A stretch of 64,000 bases of DNA from Eledone cirrhosa (lineage: Eukaryota). The notes beneath the pieces were generated by a model. That model was not told where the DNA came from. It did no database searches and saw nothing but the letters and a program-made list of their open reading frames with translations. The stretch spans positions 17,546,001 to 17,610,000 of the forward strand of contig OZ024766.1 in assembly GCA_964016885.1 (NCBI GenBank). Direction: 5' to 3'. Shown in pieces: positions 40,501-54,259 of this stretch. The first letter of the stretch is position 1; every line of letters starts with the position of its first letter. The position numbers and the translations under genes are program-made.

Positions 40501-42131
40501 AACACCACTTCATCCCCACCATATGCTACTTGGGGGAACTGTGTACTTATAATTTGGTCTTCTACAATATCTATTTATGCTGCATCCATTGTTTGTCTCT
40601 ACTTCTACAACTGGTTGTGTATATATGTGTGTGTGTGTATATGAATGTAATTCCAAACAGCTTCACAATTTCAAGATTTTTCAGATAAGTTTACCAAATC
40701 TAAAATGAAATATAGGAAAAAAAGAAATATTGATTAACGGAAAAAATGAAACGAAATTTCATTTCCCACTCTTAGTACGGCTGTTACTTAAATATAAGTA
40801 TGTACATGTACATACATATATGTATACAGACGTACAGTAGTATGTATATATATATATACATACATGCACACATATATATATGTACGTATGGATTCACCGA
40901 ACATTTATTATAATGCTCGGTGTGTTTGTAAACAAACATCCCGCATGAAGCCGTTGTGTCTAGCAACCACCGTTGCTCGTTTGTTCAACACTGACAAAGG
41001 AACGCTGTACTAGTTTCAAGCTTATTAGCTATCGTCAGCAACGTATACTTTCCTGCCAGATTGTTGAACGTATATACTTACCTTATGCATATTAACTGAG
41101 TAGCCCAATTTGCATATCGAGTAGGTTAATCGGCTGGGTTCACCGAAAAAAATATAATTTTTGGCATGGTAGTGTGATTAATTTCTTCAGGTGGATTTTA
41201 GGTAACACTTTATCAATTAATTTATATTTATTTTCACAGTCTTTTGTAGTGGAAACACCACTTCATCCCCACCATATGCTACTTGGGGGAACTGTGTACT
41301 TATAATTTGGTCTTCTACAATATCTATTTATGCTGCATCCATTGTTTGTCTCTACTTCTACAACTGGTTATATATATATGTGTGTGTGTGTGTGTATATA
41401 TGAATGTAATTCCAAACAGCTTCATAATTTCAAGATTTTTCAGATAAGTTTACCAAATCTAAAATGAAATATAGGAAAAAAAGAAATATTGATTAACGGA
41501 AAAAATGAAACGAAATTTCATTTCCCACTCTTAGTACGGCTGTTACTTAAATATAAGTATGTACACGTACATAAATATATGTATACAGACGTACAGTAGT
41601 ATGTATATATATATATATATACATACATGCACACATACATATATATACGTATGGATTCACCGAACATTTATTATAATGCTCGGTGTGTTTGTAAACAAAC
41701 ATCCCGCATTAAGCCGTAGTGTCTAGCAACCATCGTTGCTCGTTTGTTCAACACTGACAAAGGAACGCTGTACTAGTTTCAAGCTTATTAGCTATCGTCA
41801 GCAACGTATACTTTCCTGCCAGATTGTTGAACGTATATACTTACCTTATGCATATTAACTGAGTAGCCCAATTTGCATATCGAGTGGGTTAATCGGCTGG
41901 GTTCACCGAAAGAAATATAATTTTTGGCATGGTAGTGTGATTAATTTCTTCAGGTGGATTTTAGGTAACACATTATCAATTAATTTATATTTATCTTCAC
42001 AGTCTTTTGTAGTGGAAACACCACTTCATCCCCACCATATGCTACTTGGGGGAACTGTGTACTTATAATTTGGTCTTCTACAATATCTATTTATGCTGCA
42101 TCCATTGTTTGTCTCTACTTCTACAACTGGT

Positions 42132-42164
<33 letters not shown>

Positions 42165-44438
42165 ATATATGAATGTAATTCCAAACAGCTTCATAATTTC
42201 AAGATTTTTCAGATAAGTTTACCAAATCTAAAATGAAATATAGGAAAAAAAGAAATATTGATTAACGGAAAAAATGAAACGGAATTTCATTTCCCACTCT
42301 TAGTACGGCTGTTACTTAAATATAAGTATGTACACGTACATACATATATGTATACAGACGTACAGTAGTACGTATATATATATACATACATGTACACATA
42401 TATATATGTACGTATGGATTCACCGAACATTTATTATAATGCTCGGTGTGTTTGTAAACAAGCATCCCGCATGAAGCCGTAGTGTCTAGCAACCATCGTT
42501 GCTCGTTTGTTCAACACTGACAAAGGAACGCTGTACTAGTTTCAAGCTTATTAGCTATCTTCAGCAACGTATACTTTCCTGCCAGATTGTTGAACATATA
42601 TACTTACCTTATGCATATTAACTGAGTAGCCCAATTTGCATATCGAGTGGGTTGATCGGCTGGGTGCACTGAAAATGGGTTCACCGAAAAAAATATAATT
42701 TTTGTCATGGTAGTGTGATTAATTTCTTCAAGTGGATTTTAGGTAACACTTTATCAATTACCTTAGATTTATTTTCACAGTCTTTTGTAGTGGAAACACC
42801 ACTTCATCCCCACCATATGCTACTTGGGGGAACTGTGTACTTATAATTTGGTCTTCTACAATATCTATTTATGCTGCCTCTATTGTTTGTCTCTTCTTCT
42901 ACAACTGGTTATATATATATGTGTGTGTGTGTATATATGTGTGTGTGTGTGTGTGTATATGAATGTAATTCCAAACAGCTTCACAATTTAAAGATTTTTC
43001 AGATAAGTCAACCAAATCTAAAATGAAATATAGGAAAAAAAGAAATATTGATTAACGGAAAAAATGAAACGAAATTTCATTTCCCACTCTTAGTACGGCT
43101 GTTACTTAAATATAAGTATGTACATGTACATACATATATGTATACAGACGTACAGTAGTATGTATATATATATACATACATGCACACATATATATATGTA
43201 CGTATGGATTCACCGAACATTTATTATAATGCTCGGTGTGTTTGTAAACAAACATCCCGCATGAAGCCGTTGTGTCTAGCAACCATCGTTGCTCGTTTGT
43301 TCAACACTGACAAAGGAACGCTGTACTAGTTTCAAGCTTATTAGCTATCGTCAGCAACGTATACTTTCCTGCCAGATTGTTGAACGTATATACTTACCTT
43401 AAGCATATTAACAACTGAGTAGCCCAATTTGCATATCGAGTGGGTTAATCGGCTGGGTTCACCGAAAAAAATATAATTTTTGGCATGGTACTGTGATTAA
43501 TTTCTTCAGGTGGATTTTAGGTAACACTTTATTAATTATTTCAGATTTATTTTCAGTCTTTTGTAGTGGAAACACCACTTCATCCCCACCATATGCTACT
43601 TGGGGGAACTGTGTACTTATAATTTGGTCTTCTACAATATCTATTTATGCTGCATCCATTGTTTGTCTCTACTTCTACAACTGGTTGTGTATATATGTGT
43701 GTGTGTGTATATGAATGTAATTCCAAACAGCTTCACAATTTCAAGATTTTTCAGATAAGTTTACCAAATCTAAAATGAAATATAGGAAAAAAAGAAATAT
43801 TGATTAACGGAAAAAATGAAACGAAATTTCATTTCCCACTCTTAGTACGGCTGTTACTTAAATATAAGTATGTACATGTACATACATATATGTATACAGA
43901 CGTACAGTAGTATGTATATATATATATACATACATGCACACATATATATATGTACGTATGGATTCACCGAACATTTATTATAATGCTCGGTGTGTTTGTA
44001 AACAAACATCCCGCATGAAGCCGTTGTGTCTAGCAACCACCGTTGCTCGTTTGTTCAACACTGACAAAGGAACGCTGTACTAGTTTCAAGCTTATTAGCT
44101 ATCGTCAGCAACGTATACTTTCCTGCCAGATTGTTGAACGTATATACTTACCTTATGCATATTAACTGAGTAGCCCAATTTGCATATCGAGTAGGTTAAT
44201 CGGCTGGGTTCACCGAAAAAAATATAATTTTTGGCATGGTAGTGTGATTAATTTCTTCAGGTGGATTTTAGGTAACACTTTATCAATTAATTTATATTTA
44301 TTTTCACAGTCTTTTGTAGTGGAAACACCACTTCATCCCCACCATATGCTACTTGGGGGAACTGTGTACTTATAATTTGGTCTTCTACAATATCTATTTA
44401 TGCTGCATCCATTGTTTGTCTCTACTTCTACAACTGGT

Positions 44439-44469
<31 letters not shown>

Positions 44470-45977
44470 ATATATGAATGTAATTCCAAACAGCTTCATA
44501 ATTTCAAGATTTTTCAGATAAGTTTACCAAATCTAAAATGAAATATAGGAAAAAAAGAAATATTGATTAACGGAAAAAATGAAACGAAATTTCATTTCCC
44601 ACTCTTAGTACGGCTGTTACTTAAATATAAGTATGTACACGTACATAAATATATGTATACAGACGTACAGTAGTATGTATATATATATATATATACATAC
44701 ATGCACACATACATATATATACGTATGGATTCACCGAACATTTATTATAATGCTCGGTGTGTTTGTAAACAAACATCCCGCATTAAGCCGTAGTGTCTAG
44801 CAACCATCGTTGCTCGTTTGTTCAACACTGACAAAGGAACGCTGTACTAGTTTCAAGCTTATTAGCTATCGTCAGCAACGTATACTTTCCTGCCAGATTG
44901 TTGAACGTATATACTTACCTTATGCATATTAACTGAGTAGCCCAATTTGCATATCGAGTGGGTTAATCGGCTGGGTTCACCGAAAAAAATATAATTTTTG
45001 GCATGGTAGTGTGATTAATTTCTTCAGGTGGATTTTAGGTAACACTTTATCAATTAATTTATATTTATTTTCACAGTCTTTTGTAGTGGAAACACCACTT
45101 CATCCCCACCATATGCTACTTGGGGGAACTGTGTACTTATAATTTGGTCTTCTACAATATCTATTTATGCTGCATCCATTGTTTGTCTCTACTTCTACAA
45201 CTGGTTATATATATATGTGTGTGTGTGTATATATGTGTGTGTGTGTATATGAAAGTAATTCCAAACAGCTTCACAATTTTAAGATTTTTCAGATAAGTCT
45301 ACCAAATCTAAAATGAAATATAGGAAAAAAAGAAATATTGATTAACGGAAAAAATGAAACGAAATTTCATTTCCCACTCTTAGTACGGCTGTTACTTAAA
45401 TATAAGTATGTACACGTACATTCATATATGTATACAGACGTACAGTAGTATGTATATATATATACATACATGCACACATATATATATGTACGTATGGATT
45501 CACCGAACATTTATTATAATGCTCAGTGTGTTTGTAAACAAACATCCCGCATGAAGCCGTTGTGTCTAGCAACCATCGTTGCTCGTTTGTTCAACACTGA
45601 CAAAGGAACGCTGTACTAGTTTCAATCTTATTAGCTATCGTCAGCAACGTATACTTTCCTGCCAGATTGTTGAACGTATATACTTAACTTATGCATATCA
45701 ACAACTGAGTAGCCCAATTTGCATATCGAGTGGGTTAATCGGCTGGGTCCACCGAAAAAAATATAATTTTTGGCATGGTACTGTGATTAATTTCTTCAAG
45801 TGGATTTTAGGTAACACTTTATCAATTAATTTATATTTATTTTCACAGTCTTTTGTAGTGGAAACACCACTTCATCCCCACCATATGCTACTTGGAGGAA
45901 CTGTGTACTTATAATTTGGTCTTCTACAATATCTATTTATGCTGCATCCATTGTTTGTCTCTACTTTTACAACTGGT

Positions 45978-46021
<44 letters not shown>

Positions 46022-46330
46022 AATGTAATTCCAAACAGCTTCACAATTTCAAGATTTTTCAGATAAGTCTACCAAATCTAAAATGAAATATAGGAAAAAA
46101 AGAAATATTGATTAACGGAAAAAATGAAACGAAATTTCATTTCCCACTCTTAGTACGGCTGTTACTTAAATATAAGTATGTACACGTACATACATATATG
46201 TATACAGACGTACAGTAGTATGTATATATATATACATACATGCACACATATATATATGTACGTATGGATTCACCGAACATTTATTATAATGCTCGGTGTG
46301 TTTGTAAACAAACATCCCGCATAAAGCCGT
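35630..46330. repeat. Macrosatellite of ~750-790-bp units (about 14 copies) containing a probable MULE terminal sequence
   Basis: Anchor aaaatgaaac(g/a)aaatttcat recurs at 36171, 36922, 37681, 38432, 39201, 39991, 40743, 41502, 42271, 43061, 43813, ~44576, 45351, 46121. Confidence 0.97.
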
Positions 46331-47465
46331 ACAGGCTTAATTAGGCTTAATTCGGGATGTTTGTTTACAAACCCACCGAGCATTATCATAAATGTTCTGT
46401 GAATCCATACGTACATATGTATATGTGTGCATGTATGAAATATAAGAATCAAAGAACTGTTCAAAACATTATTGTGCTTACAGCTGTTTCCTCCAAACCG
46501 AGGTTTGGATTCTTCGGAGCAATTTATTAATGCATGGACAGTTATATGACCTCCTTTTCAGCCGAGAGACATACCAATACATATTCAAACATTGATACAT
46601 ATGCAAATATTGTGGGTCAACATTCATTACAGAATTTAGAGTGGCAGTACACACTTCGAGATTACATTTATATTAATAGGTACAATCAAAAATCAAGGAT
46701 ATAGGTTAAAGTACAACATGAAGATAAGTGGTTATATAGTGCAAATGTTATATGTGTGGCACGCATGTGCGTCTTGTTTATATAGTGTGGCAGAGAGATA
46801 TGTGTGGTAGAGGCACTTAGGTAGGTAAATAAGAGTGTTAGGTTGGTAGATGTGGTGGCAAATTCTTTATATGATTGATATAGTCTGTGTGTGGAGAAAT
46901 ATTATAAGCATTAAAGATAGTGCAAGCATTAAAAGTGTTATAAGTAATGGAGATGCACAGCGCAGGGATGTCAAGTATTTCATGTGTGCATGTATGTATA
47001 TTATATAGGCTTAATTCGGGATGTTTGTTTACAAACCCACCGAGCATTATAATAAATGTTCTGTGAATCCATATGTATATGTGTGCATGTATGTATACTA
47101 TATAGGCTTAATTCGGGATGTTTGTTTACAAACCCACTGAGCATTATAATAAATGTTCTGTGAATCCATACGTACATATGTATATGTTTGCATGTATGTA
47201 TATTATATAGGCTTAATTCGGGATGTTTGTTTACAAACCCACCGAGCATTATAATAAATGTTCTGTGAATCCATACGTACATATATATGTGTGCATGTAT
47301 GTATATATATATACATACTACTGTACGTCTGTATACATATATGTATGTACGTGTACATACTTATGATTAAAATAAAAGATTTATTGAAATAGCATACTAA
47401 AATAAGATATATTTATAGAAATATGAATACCAAAAAAATATTTTTATAGAAATATTAATAATAAT

Positions 47466-48320
47466 TTACTTCTGTAGTTCAATCTGGTAACTTAGAGTGC
47501 GCAAGTACTCCAACTTATCAGCTCGATTTCCATACTCAGTCACTAACGTAATTATCGCTTTATGAGTCCTTTGATATTTTGCTTGTTTGTAGACATCCTC
47601 GTGCCCAGCTCTGGTTCTTAATATCCTTTTCTCTGTAATATCTTGTTCTAGTTTGAGAAACTCTACAAACTTATAAATGGTTGGGTGGTTACGACCCAAT
47701 GATAATTGAAGAATTCGGTGCCACCCTTCTAAAGAATTGTTGGTCCTTGGTAGGTCTCCTTCGAACACGATCAAAAAATACTCCAGAATTTGGGTATAAA
47801 AATGGCATCCCTTCTACAACTGCTTGTTTGTAGACATCCTCGTGCCCAGCTCTGGTTCTTAATATCCTTTTCTCTGTAATATCTTGTTCTACTTTGAGAA
47901 ACTCTACAAACTTATAAATGGTTGAGTAGTTACGACCCAATGAAAATTGAAGAATTCGGTACCACCCTTCTAAAGAATTGTTGGCCCTTGGTAGGTCTCC
48001 TTCGAACACGATCAAAAAATACTCCAGAATTCGGGTATAAAAATGACATCCCTTCTACAACTGCGGAAGGGGTGGCCAACCCATGTATGTTCGAAATAAT
48101 TTGTTAGTTCTTCCAACTCCTGAGGCATAACATCTTGCAAAGATTCAAATATTCCACAAATATCGTCAACTGCCACAAAAGCTAAAGTTTCTAACATCTT
48201 ATAGTATCCACGAATATGGTCCTCCCTTATATAAAGCTGAGTAAGATTTAAATACTGGATTTTCCTCCATACGCTCTGAGCGAGGCGAAAAAAGCAACCA
48301 CTTATTTGCGCGCGGGGCTA
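47466..48320 (-). pseudogene. MULE (Mutator-like) transposase C-terminal remnant with 241-bp internal tandem duplication
   Basis: GCFFRLAQSVWRKIQ, TNYFEHTWVG and LPRTNNSLEGWH motifs; frameshifted; 47580-47820 is duplicated at 47821-48061. Confidence 0.92.
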
Positions 48321-48362
48321 CTTTAAATGTACCGTCTGCAAGCCAGTTTTTGTATTCTTTAA

Positions 48363-48971
48363 CCCTTTAGCATTCACATTATTTTATATATAAGGGCGGT
48401 GGATTGGCAGTATCGGTAGAGGGTCTGACGCCATGCTTTGCAGCAAAGAGTTACGCCCCTTTATGGTTTGAGTTCAAATCCCGCCGAGGTTAACTTTGCC
48501 TTTCATCCTTACGGGGTCGATAAAAATAAAGTACCAGTAATGCACTGGGTAATTGCTGGCCTTGTGCCAAAAGTAGAAACAATTATTTTATATATAAGGT
48601 GGATTGGCAGTATCGGTAGAGGGTCGGACGCCATGCTTTACAGCATAGTTACGTCCCTTTACGATCTGAGTTCAAATCCCGCCGAGGTTGACTTTGCCTT
48701 TCATCCTTACGGGGGTCGATAAAATAAAGTACCAGTAATGCACTGGGTAATTGCTGGCCTTGTGCCTAACGTAGAGGCAATTATTTTATATATACTATTA
48801 TATTTTCATGGTAAAGGCTTTATCTCACATAATATCGAATCTATGAGATTTTGAAAGCATTTATTTTGAGAACAATACCTTAACATCAGTTTGAGCGACC
48901 AGTTACAGCCAGTTTCAACAGAAAGAGGTAGAGAATTCTGGCCGGTTTTGGCCAGTTTGAACACTGAAGGG
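48363..48971. mobile_element. piggyBac-like MITE
   Basis: TTAA|ccctttagcattca ... tgaacactgaaggg|TTAA (TTAA at 48359-62 and 48972-75). Confidence 0.8.
48393..48782 (+). mobile_element. Tandem dimer of SINE family B nested in the MITE
   Basis: Two copies bounded by three copies of attattttatatata (48378, 48582, 48780). Confidence 0.88.
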
Positions 48972-49089
48972 TTAATTAAGATGTACAATATTTTTTTCAG
49001 TCGAAAATATCAACATTCTTTTGTTATCACTGCCGCAATCGTGCAACAAAAAAGGGTTCGCTACTGTGTTACATTGTCCTTGTGCGGAA

Positions 49090-49330
49090 TTGTCGGTTCA
49101 CAACCACGGAGATTGCCCGTCCTGCTTGTCTCCTGTATGTATACTTTTGTGAGGAGTTAAGATACTACTTACAGAGAATGATATTCTACAGATATCACAG
49201 TGATATAGCTAGTCCTCTGCATGACTTTATTCGTGCTTTGTTAAGCTATTACTTACAGACCATGATTTTACATGGATATCACAGTAGTATGGCTTGTTTT
49301 CTACATGTATACGTTTGTGCTTAGTTAAAT
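49090..49330 (-). pseudogene. Decayed C2H2 zinc-finger remnant
   Basis: Minus strand ttaactaagcacaaacgtatacatgtagaaaacaagccatactactgtgatatc = LTKHKRIHVENKPYYCDI. Confidence 0.75.
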
Positions 49331-51038
49331 AACCTGTATCCGCGGTCATTTACTAGAGATGTCTCGGGGGTTTCTTCTCAGTTAAATCACCTGTATCCGC
49401 GACCATTTACTAGAGATGTCTCGGCGGTTTCTTCTCAGTTAAATAACCTGTATCCGCGGTCATTTACTAGAGACGTCTCGGGGGGTTTCTTCTCAGTTAA
49501 ATAACCTGTATCCGCGGCCATTTACTAGAGACGTCTCGGGGGGTTTCTTCTCAGTTAAATAACCTGTATCCGCGGCCATTTACTAGAGACGTCTCGGGGG
49601 GTTTCTTCTCAGTTAAATAACCTGTATCCGCGGTCATTTACTAGAGACGTCTCGGGGGGTTTCTTCTCAGTTAAATAACCTGTATCCGCGGTCATTTACT
49701 AGAGACGTCTCGGGGGGTTTCTTCTCAGTTAAATAACCTGTATCCGCGGCCATTTACTAGAGATGACTCGGGGGGGTTTCTTCTCAGTTAAATCACCTGT
49801 ATCCGCGGTCATTTACTAGAGACGACTCGGGGGTTTCTTCTCAGTTAAATCACCTGTATCCGCGGTCATTTACTAGAGACGTCTCGGGGGTTTCTTCTCA
49901 GTTAAATCACCTGTATCCGCGGTCATTTACTAGAGATGTCTCGGGGGTTTCTTCTCAGTTAAATAACCTGTATCCGCGGCCATTTACTAGAGACGTCTCG
50001 GGGGGTTTCTTCTCAGTTAAATCACCTGTATCCGCGGCCATTTACTACAGACGACTCGAGGGTTTCTTCTCAGTTAAATCACCTGTACCCGCGGCCATTT
50101 ACTAGAGATGACTCGGGGGTTTCTTCTCAGTTAAATCACCTGTATCCGCGGTCATTTACTACAGATGACTCGGGGGTTTCTTCTCAGTTAAATAACCTGT
50201 ATCCGCGGCCATTTACTAGAGACGACTCGGGGGTTTCTTCTCAGTTAAATCACCTGTATCCGCGGTCATTTACTAGAGATGACTCGGGGGTTTCTTCTCA
50301 GTTAAATCACCTGTATCCGCGGTCATTTACTAGAGATGACTCGGGGGTTTCTTCTCAGTTAAATCACCTGTACCCGCGACCATTTACTAGAGACGACTCG
50401 GGGGTTTCTTCTCAGTTAAATCACCTGTATCCGCGGTCATTTACTACAGATGACTCGGGGGTTTCTTCTCAGTTAAATCACCTGTATCCGCGGCCATTTA
50501 CTAGAGACGTCTCGGGGGGTTTCTTCTCAGTTAAATAACCTGTATCCGCGGTCATTTACTAGAGACGTCTCGGGGGGTTTCTTCTCAGTTAAATCACCTG
50601 TACCCGCGGCCATTTACTAGAGATGACTCGGGGGTTTCTTCTCAGTTAAATCACCTGTATCCGCGGTCATTTACTACAGATGACTCGGGGGTTTCTTCTC
50701 AGTTAAATAACCTGTATCCACGGCCATTTACTAGAGACGTCTCGGGGGGTTTCTTCTCAGTTAAATAACCTGTATCCGCGGCCATTTACTAGAGATGACT
50801 CGGGGGTTTCTTCTCAGTTAAATAACCTGTATCCGCGGTCATTTACTAGAGATGACTCGGGGGTTTCTTAGTTAAATCACCTGTACCCGCGACCATTTAC
50901 TAGAGATGACTCGGGGGTTTCTTCTCAGTTAAATCACCTGTATCCGCGGTCATTTACTAGAGACGTCTCGGGGGGTTTCTTCTCAGTTAAATAACCTGTA
51001 TCCGCGGCCATTTACTAGAGACGTCTCGGGGGTTTCTT
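49323..51038. repeat. 57-58-bp CpG-rich tandem array (about 30 copies) at a zinc-finger/RTE junction
   Basis: Unit ttaaataacctgtatccgcggtcatttactagagacgtctcgggggtttcttctcag. Confidence 0.95.
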
Positions 51039-51375
51039 CTCCCTGCAAACGAAAGGCTGGTTATATGATGCCTGTGTGAGATGCGCGATGCTGCATGGTA
51101 GTGAGACATGGGCGGATATGTGGTGGATATGTGAAGGCTGGAGAGAAATGAACCTAGCAAAAGCTAAAATATTGTTAAGTAGATAAGGAGACAGGACCTT
51201 GATTCCATCAGGGAAACGGCCATGATTGATATGTAGAAATGGAGTTGGCATAAACTCTATAGAAATGTACACAATGTAGATCTTGGGTACACAAGTGGTG
51301 TAGTGGGATAGCAGGCAAACTGACAGGAAAGGAAAGGGAAACTTCAGATGTAGTAGATGTTCAGGGAAAATTGAT
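51035..51375 (+). mobile_element. Rearranged RTE LINE fragments
   Basis: FSLQTKGWLYDACVRCAMLHGSETWA, then ICRNGVGINSI..QCRSWVHKWCSG..RCSRC. Confidence 0.82.
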
Positions 51376-51452
51376 AAAATTTTCAGTGATGGACACATTT
51401 TTCAAAAAAAGAATGATTTATCACTGAAACAAATTTTTGCCAAAATGTTTAA

Positions 51453-52830
51453 CCCTTTAGCATTTACATTACTCTATATATACTATTGTATTGTCACAGT
51501 AAAGGCTTTACCCCACATAATATCTCACATAACATTTACATTACTCTATATATACTATTGTATTGTCACAGTAAAGGCTTTACCTCACATAATACCTCAC
51601 ATAACATTTACATTACTCTATATATACTATTGTATTGTCACAGTAAAGACTTTACCCCACATAATACCTCACATAACATTTACATTACTCTATATATACT
51701 ATTGTATTGTCACAGTAAAGGCTTTACCTCACATAATACCTCACATAACATTTACACTACTCTATATATACTATTGTATTGTCACAGTAAAGGCTTTACC
51801 TCACATAATACCTCACATAACATTTACATTACTCTATATATACTATTGTATTGTCACAGTAAAGACTTTACCCCACATAATACCTCACATAACATTTACA
51901 TTACTCTATATATACTATTGTATTGTCACAGTAAAGGCTTTACCTCACATAATATCTCACATAACATTTACATTACTCTATATATACTATTGTATTGTCA
52001 CAGTAAAGGCTTTACCTCACATAATATCTCACATAACATTTACATTACTCTATATATACTATTGTATTGTCACAGTAAAGGCTTTACCTCACATAATATC
52101 CCACATAACATTTACATTACTCTATATATACTATTGTATTGTCACAGTAAAGGCTTTACCTCACATAACATTTACATTACTCTATATATACTATTGTATT
52201 GTCACAGTAAAGACTTTACCCCACATAATACCTCACATAACATTTACATTACTCTATATATACTATTGTATTGTCACAGTAAAGGCTTTACCTCACATAA
52301 CATTTACATTACTCTATATATACTATTGTATTGTCACAGTAAAGGCTTTACCTCACATAATATCTCACAACATTTACATTACTCTATATATACTATTGTA
52401 TTGTCACAGTGAAGGCTTTACCTCACATAATACCTCACATAACATTTACATTACTCTATATATACTATTGTATTGTCACAGTGAAGGCTTTACCTCACAT
52501 AATATCTCACATACCATTTACATTACTCTATATATACTATTGTATTGTCACAGTAAAGGCTTTACCACACATAATACCTCACATAACATTTACATTACTC
52601 TATATATACTATTGTATTGTCACAGTAAAGGCTTTACCTCACATAATATCTCACATAACATTTACATTACTCTATATATACTATTGTATTGTCACAGTAA
52701 AGGCTTTACCTCACATAATATCTCACATAACATTTACATTACTCTATATATACTATTGTATTGTCACAGTAAAGGCTTTACCGCACATAATATCGAATCT
52801 AAGTAATTTTGATTAATTCATAATGTGATA
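51453..52830 (+). repeat. 72-bp satellite grown from the left end of the piggyBac-like MITE
   Basis: Begins TTAA|ccctttagcatttacatt and exits into cacataatatcgaatcta, collinear with the MITE at 48363-48392 + 48795-48845. Confidence 0.93.
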
Positions 52831-52869
52831 ATATTTTATCATTGATATCTGTTAAGAATTCTGTTTTCT

Positions 52870-53297
52870 CTATATATGCATATGGGCTAGGATTGCCTGG
52901 ACCTCTTGAGGTAGGCGAGAGAAGAAGAATTGCTTCAGGAAAGGGACTATCCTGATCTTGGGAATCACTCAATTCCTGCAAATGCCGGAGAAAAGCGGTA
53001 GGGGTTCTGTCACCTAGTCGTTCGTCCTCGATCAATGACCGAAAACGACTCTCTACCGATTTACAGTTCCTTCTCAAGATCTCGCCTTTTAAAGAATCAT
53101 ACGTTAAGTCAGGGTGGGGGGTGGGGGTCTGTAATTAGGTCTTGGACCGAATCTGCTAAATTAGGGGGGGAAGTCCGCTAATTAAGACAGCGAAGCGCTG
53201 GTCAGACTCGGTCTTACAGACCGTAGAATACGCCTGTAGCTGGGCGAACCTCAGCTTGCGGTTTCCGGTAAAGGCGGGCAAATGGGGTGTACTCATT
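52870..53297 (-). mobile_element. Ty3/Gypsy gag N-terminal remnant
   Basis: LPAFTGNRKLRFAQLQA ... YDSLKGEILRR ... LIEDERLGDRTPTAFLRHLQEL ... RLPQEVQAIL; stops and frameshifts. Confidence 0.85.
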
Positions 53298-53629
53298 GTG
53301 AAACGACTAAAAAAAAAAATAGAAACAGCAATTAATGTTCCCTTGTACAGGGAAAAGTAAACACCCAAAATGGCGAAAAAAAAATCAAAGGTCAAAAAGA
53401 AACACATTCAAAACATTAGGAAATACATAAAGTACATATATATATTTAAAAAAAAAAATTTTTTCCTTCCACGTCTGTCCCCTTGTGTTGCTTCAACAGG
53501 CAAGCCAAATGATATAACCCGAGAAAAAAAGAAAAAAAAAAAAAAAAAAATGTTTGTTTTAGAATATATCCATGTTGGATATCAACAATAAGTAGCCTGT
53601 GGCTAAAAATCCCTTAGAAAAAAAGATAT

Positions 53630-54257
53630 GTATCTATCTATCTAGGGTGGGTAAAATTCCAGAGATCCATGGACGAGTTCTCTCCAGCGGTTTCTGTCCC
53701 TCATTATCGCTGCCATGTCCTGCGTCTCCAACAGACCAGTGTCTGTCCTTAGGGCATCAATATGTGTCAAGGTCGGTCTCCCTCTTCCAGTGTGTCCATG
53801 TAGGGGCTCCCACAGGAGCACTGAGTGCAGTGTCAACTCTGGATGTCGGTGAGCATGTCCAGCTAACCTCGTGTGACCATGTAGGGGCTCCCACAGGAGC
53901 ACTGAGTGCAGTGTCTACTCTGGATGTCGGTGAGCATGTCCAGCTAACCTCGTGTGACCGTGTAGGGGCTCCCACAGGAGCACTGAGTGCAGTGTCTACT
54001 CTGGATGTCGGTGAGCATGTCCAGCTAACCTCAGTCTCCCTCTTCCAGTGTGTCCATGCAGGGGCTCCCCACAGGAGCACTGAGTGCAGTGTCTACTCTG
54101 GATGTCGGTGAGCATGTCCAGCTAACCTCAGTCTCCCTCTTCCAGTGTGTCCATGCAGGGGCTCCCCACAGGAGCACTGAGTGCAGTGTCTACTCTGGAT
54201 GTCGGTGAGCATGTCCAGCTAACCTCAGTCTCCTCTGTGTCACTTTTGAGCTGACTT
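53630..54257 (-). mobile_element. RTE 3' fragment (same family as 24670-25840) with internal tandem array
   Basis: LLWEPLHGHTGRGRP...MRDRNRWRELVHGSLEFYPP* and (ATAG)n tail. Confidence 0.9.
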
Positions 54258-54259
54258 AT

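Noticed and set aside
35791-46086. Recurrent 60-110-aa ORFs in the macrosatellite (MINFFRWILGNT...)
   Set aside because: Frames are broken by indels in most units and end in microsatellite; no recognisable domain.
46780-46980. Possible LINE 3' end on the minus strand
   Set aside because: Only weak similarity (INHIKNLPPH); too degraded to call.
51445-52816. 453-aa and 308-aa repeat ORFs
   Set aside because: The 72-bp unit derives from non-coding MITE sequence, and the frames swap at an indel.
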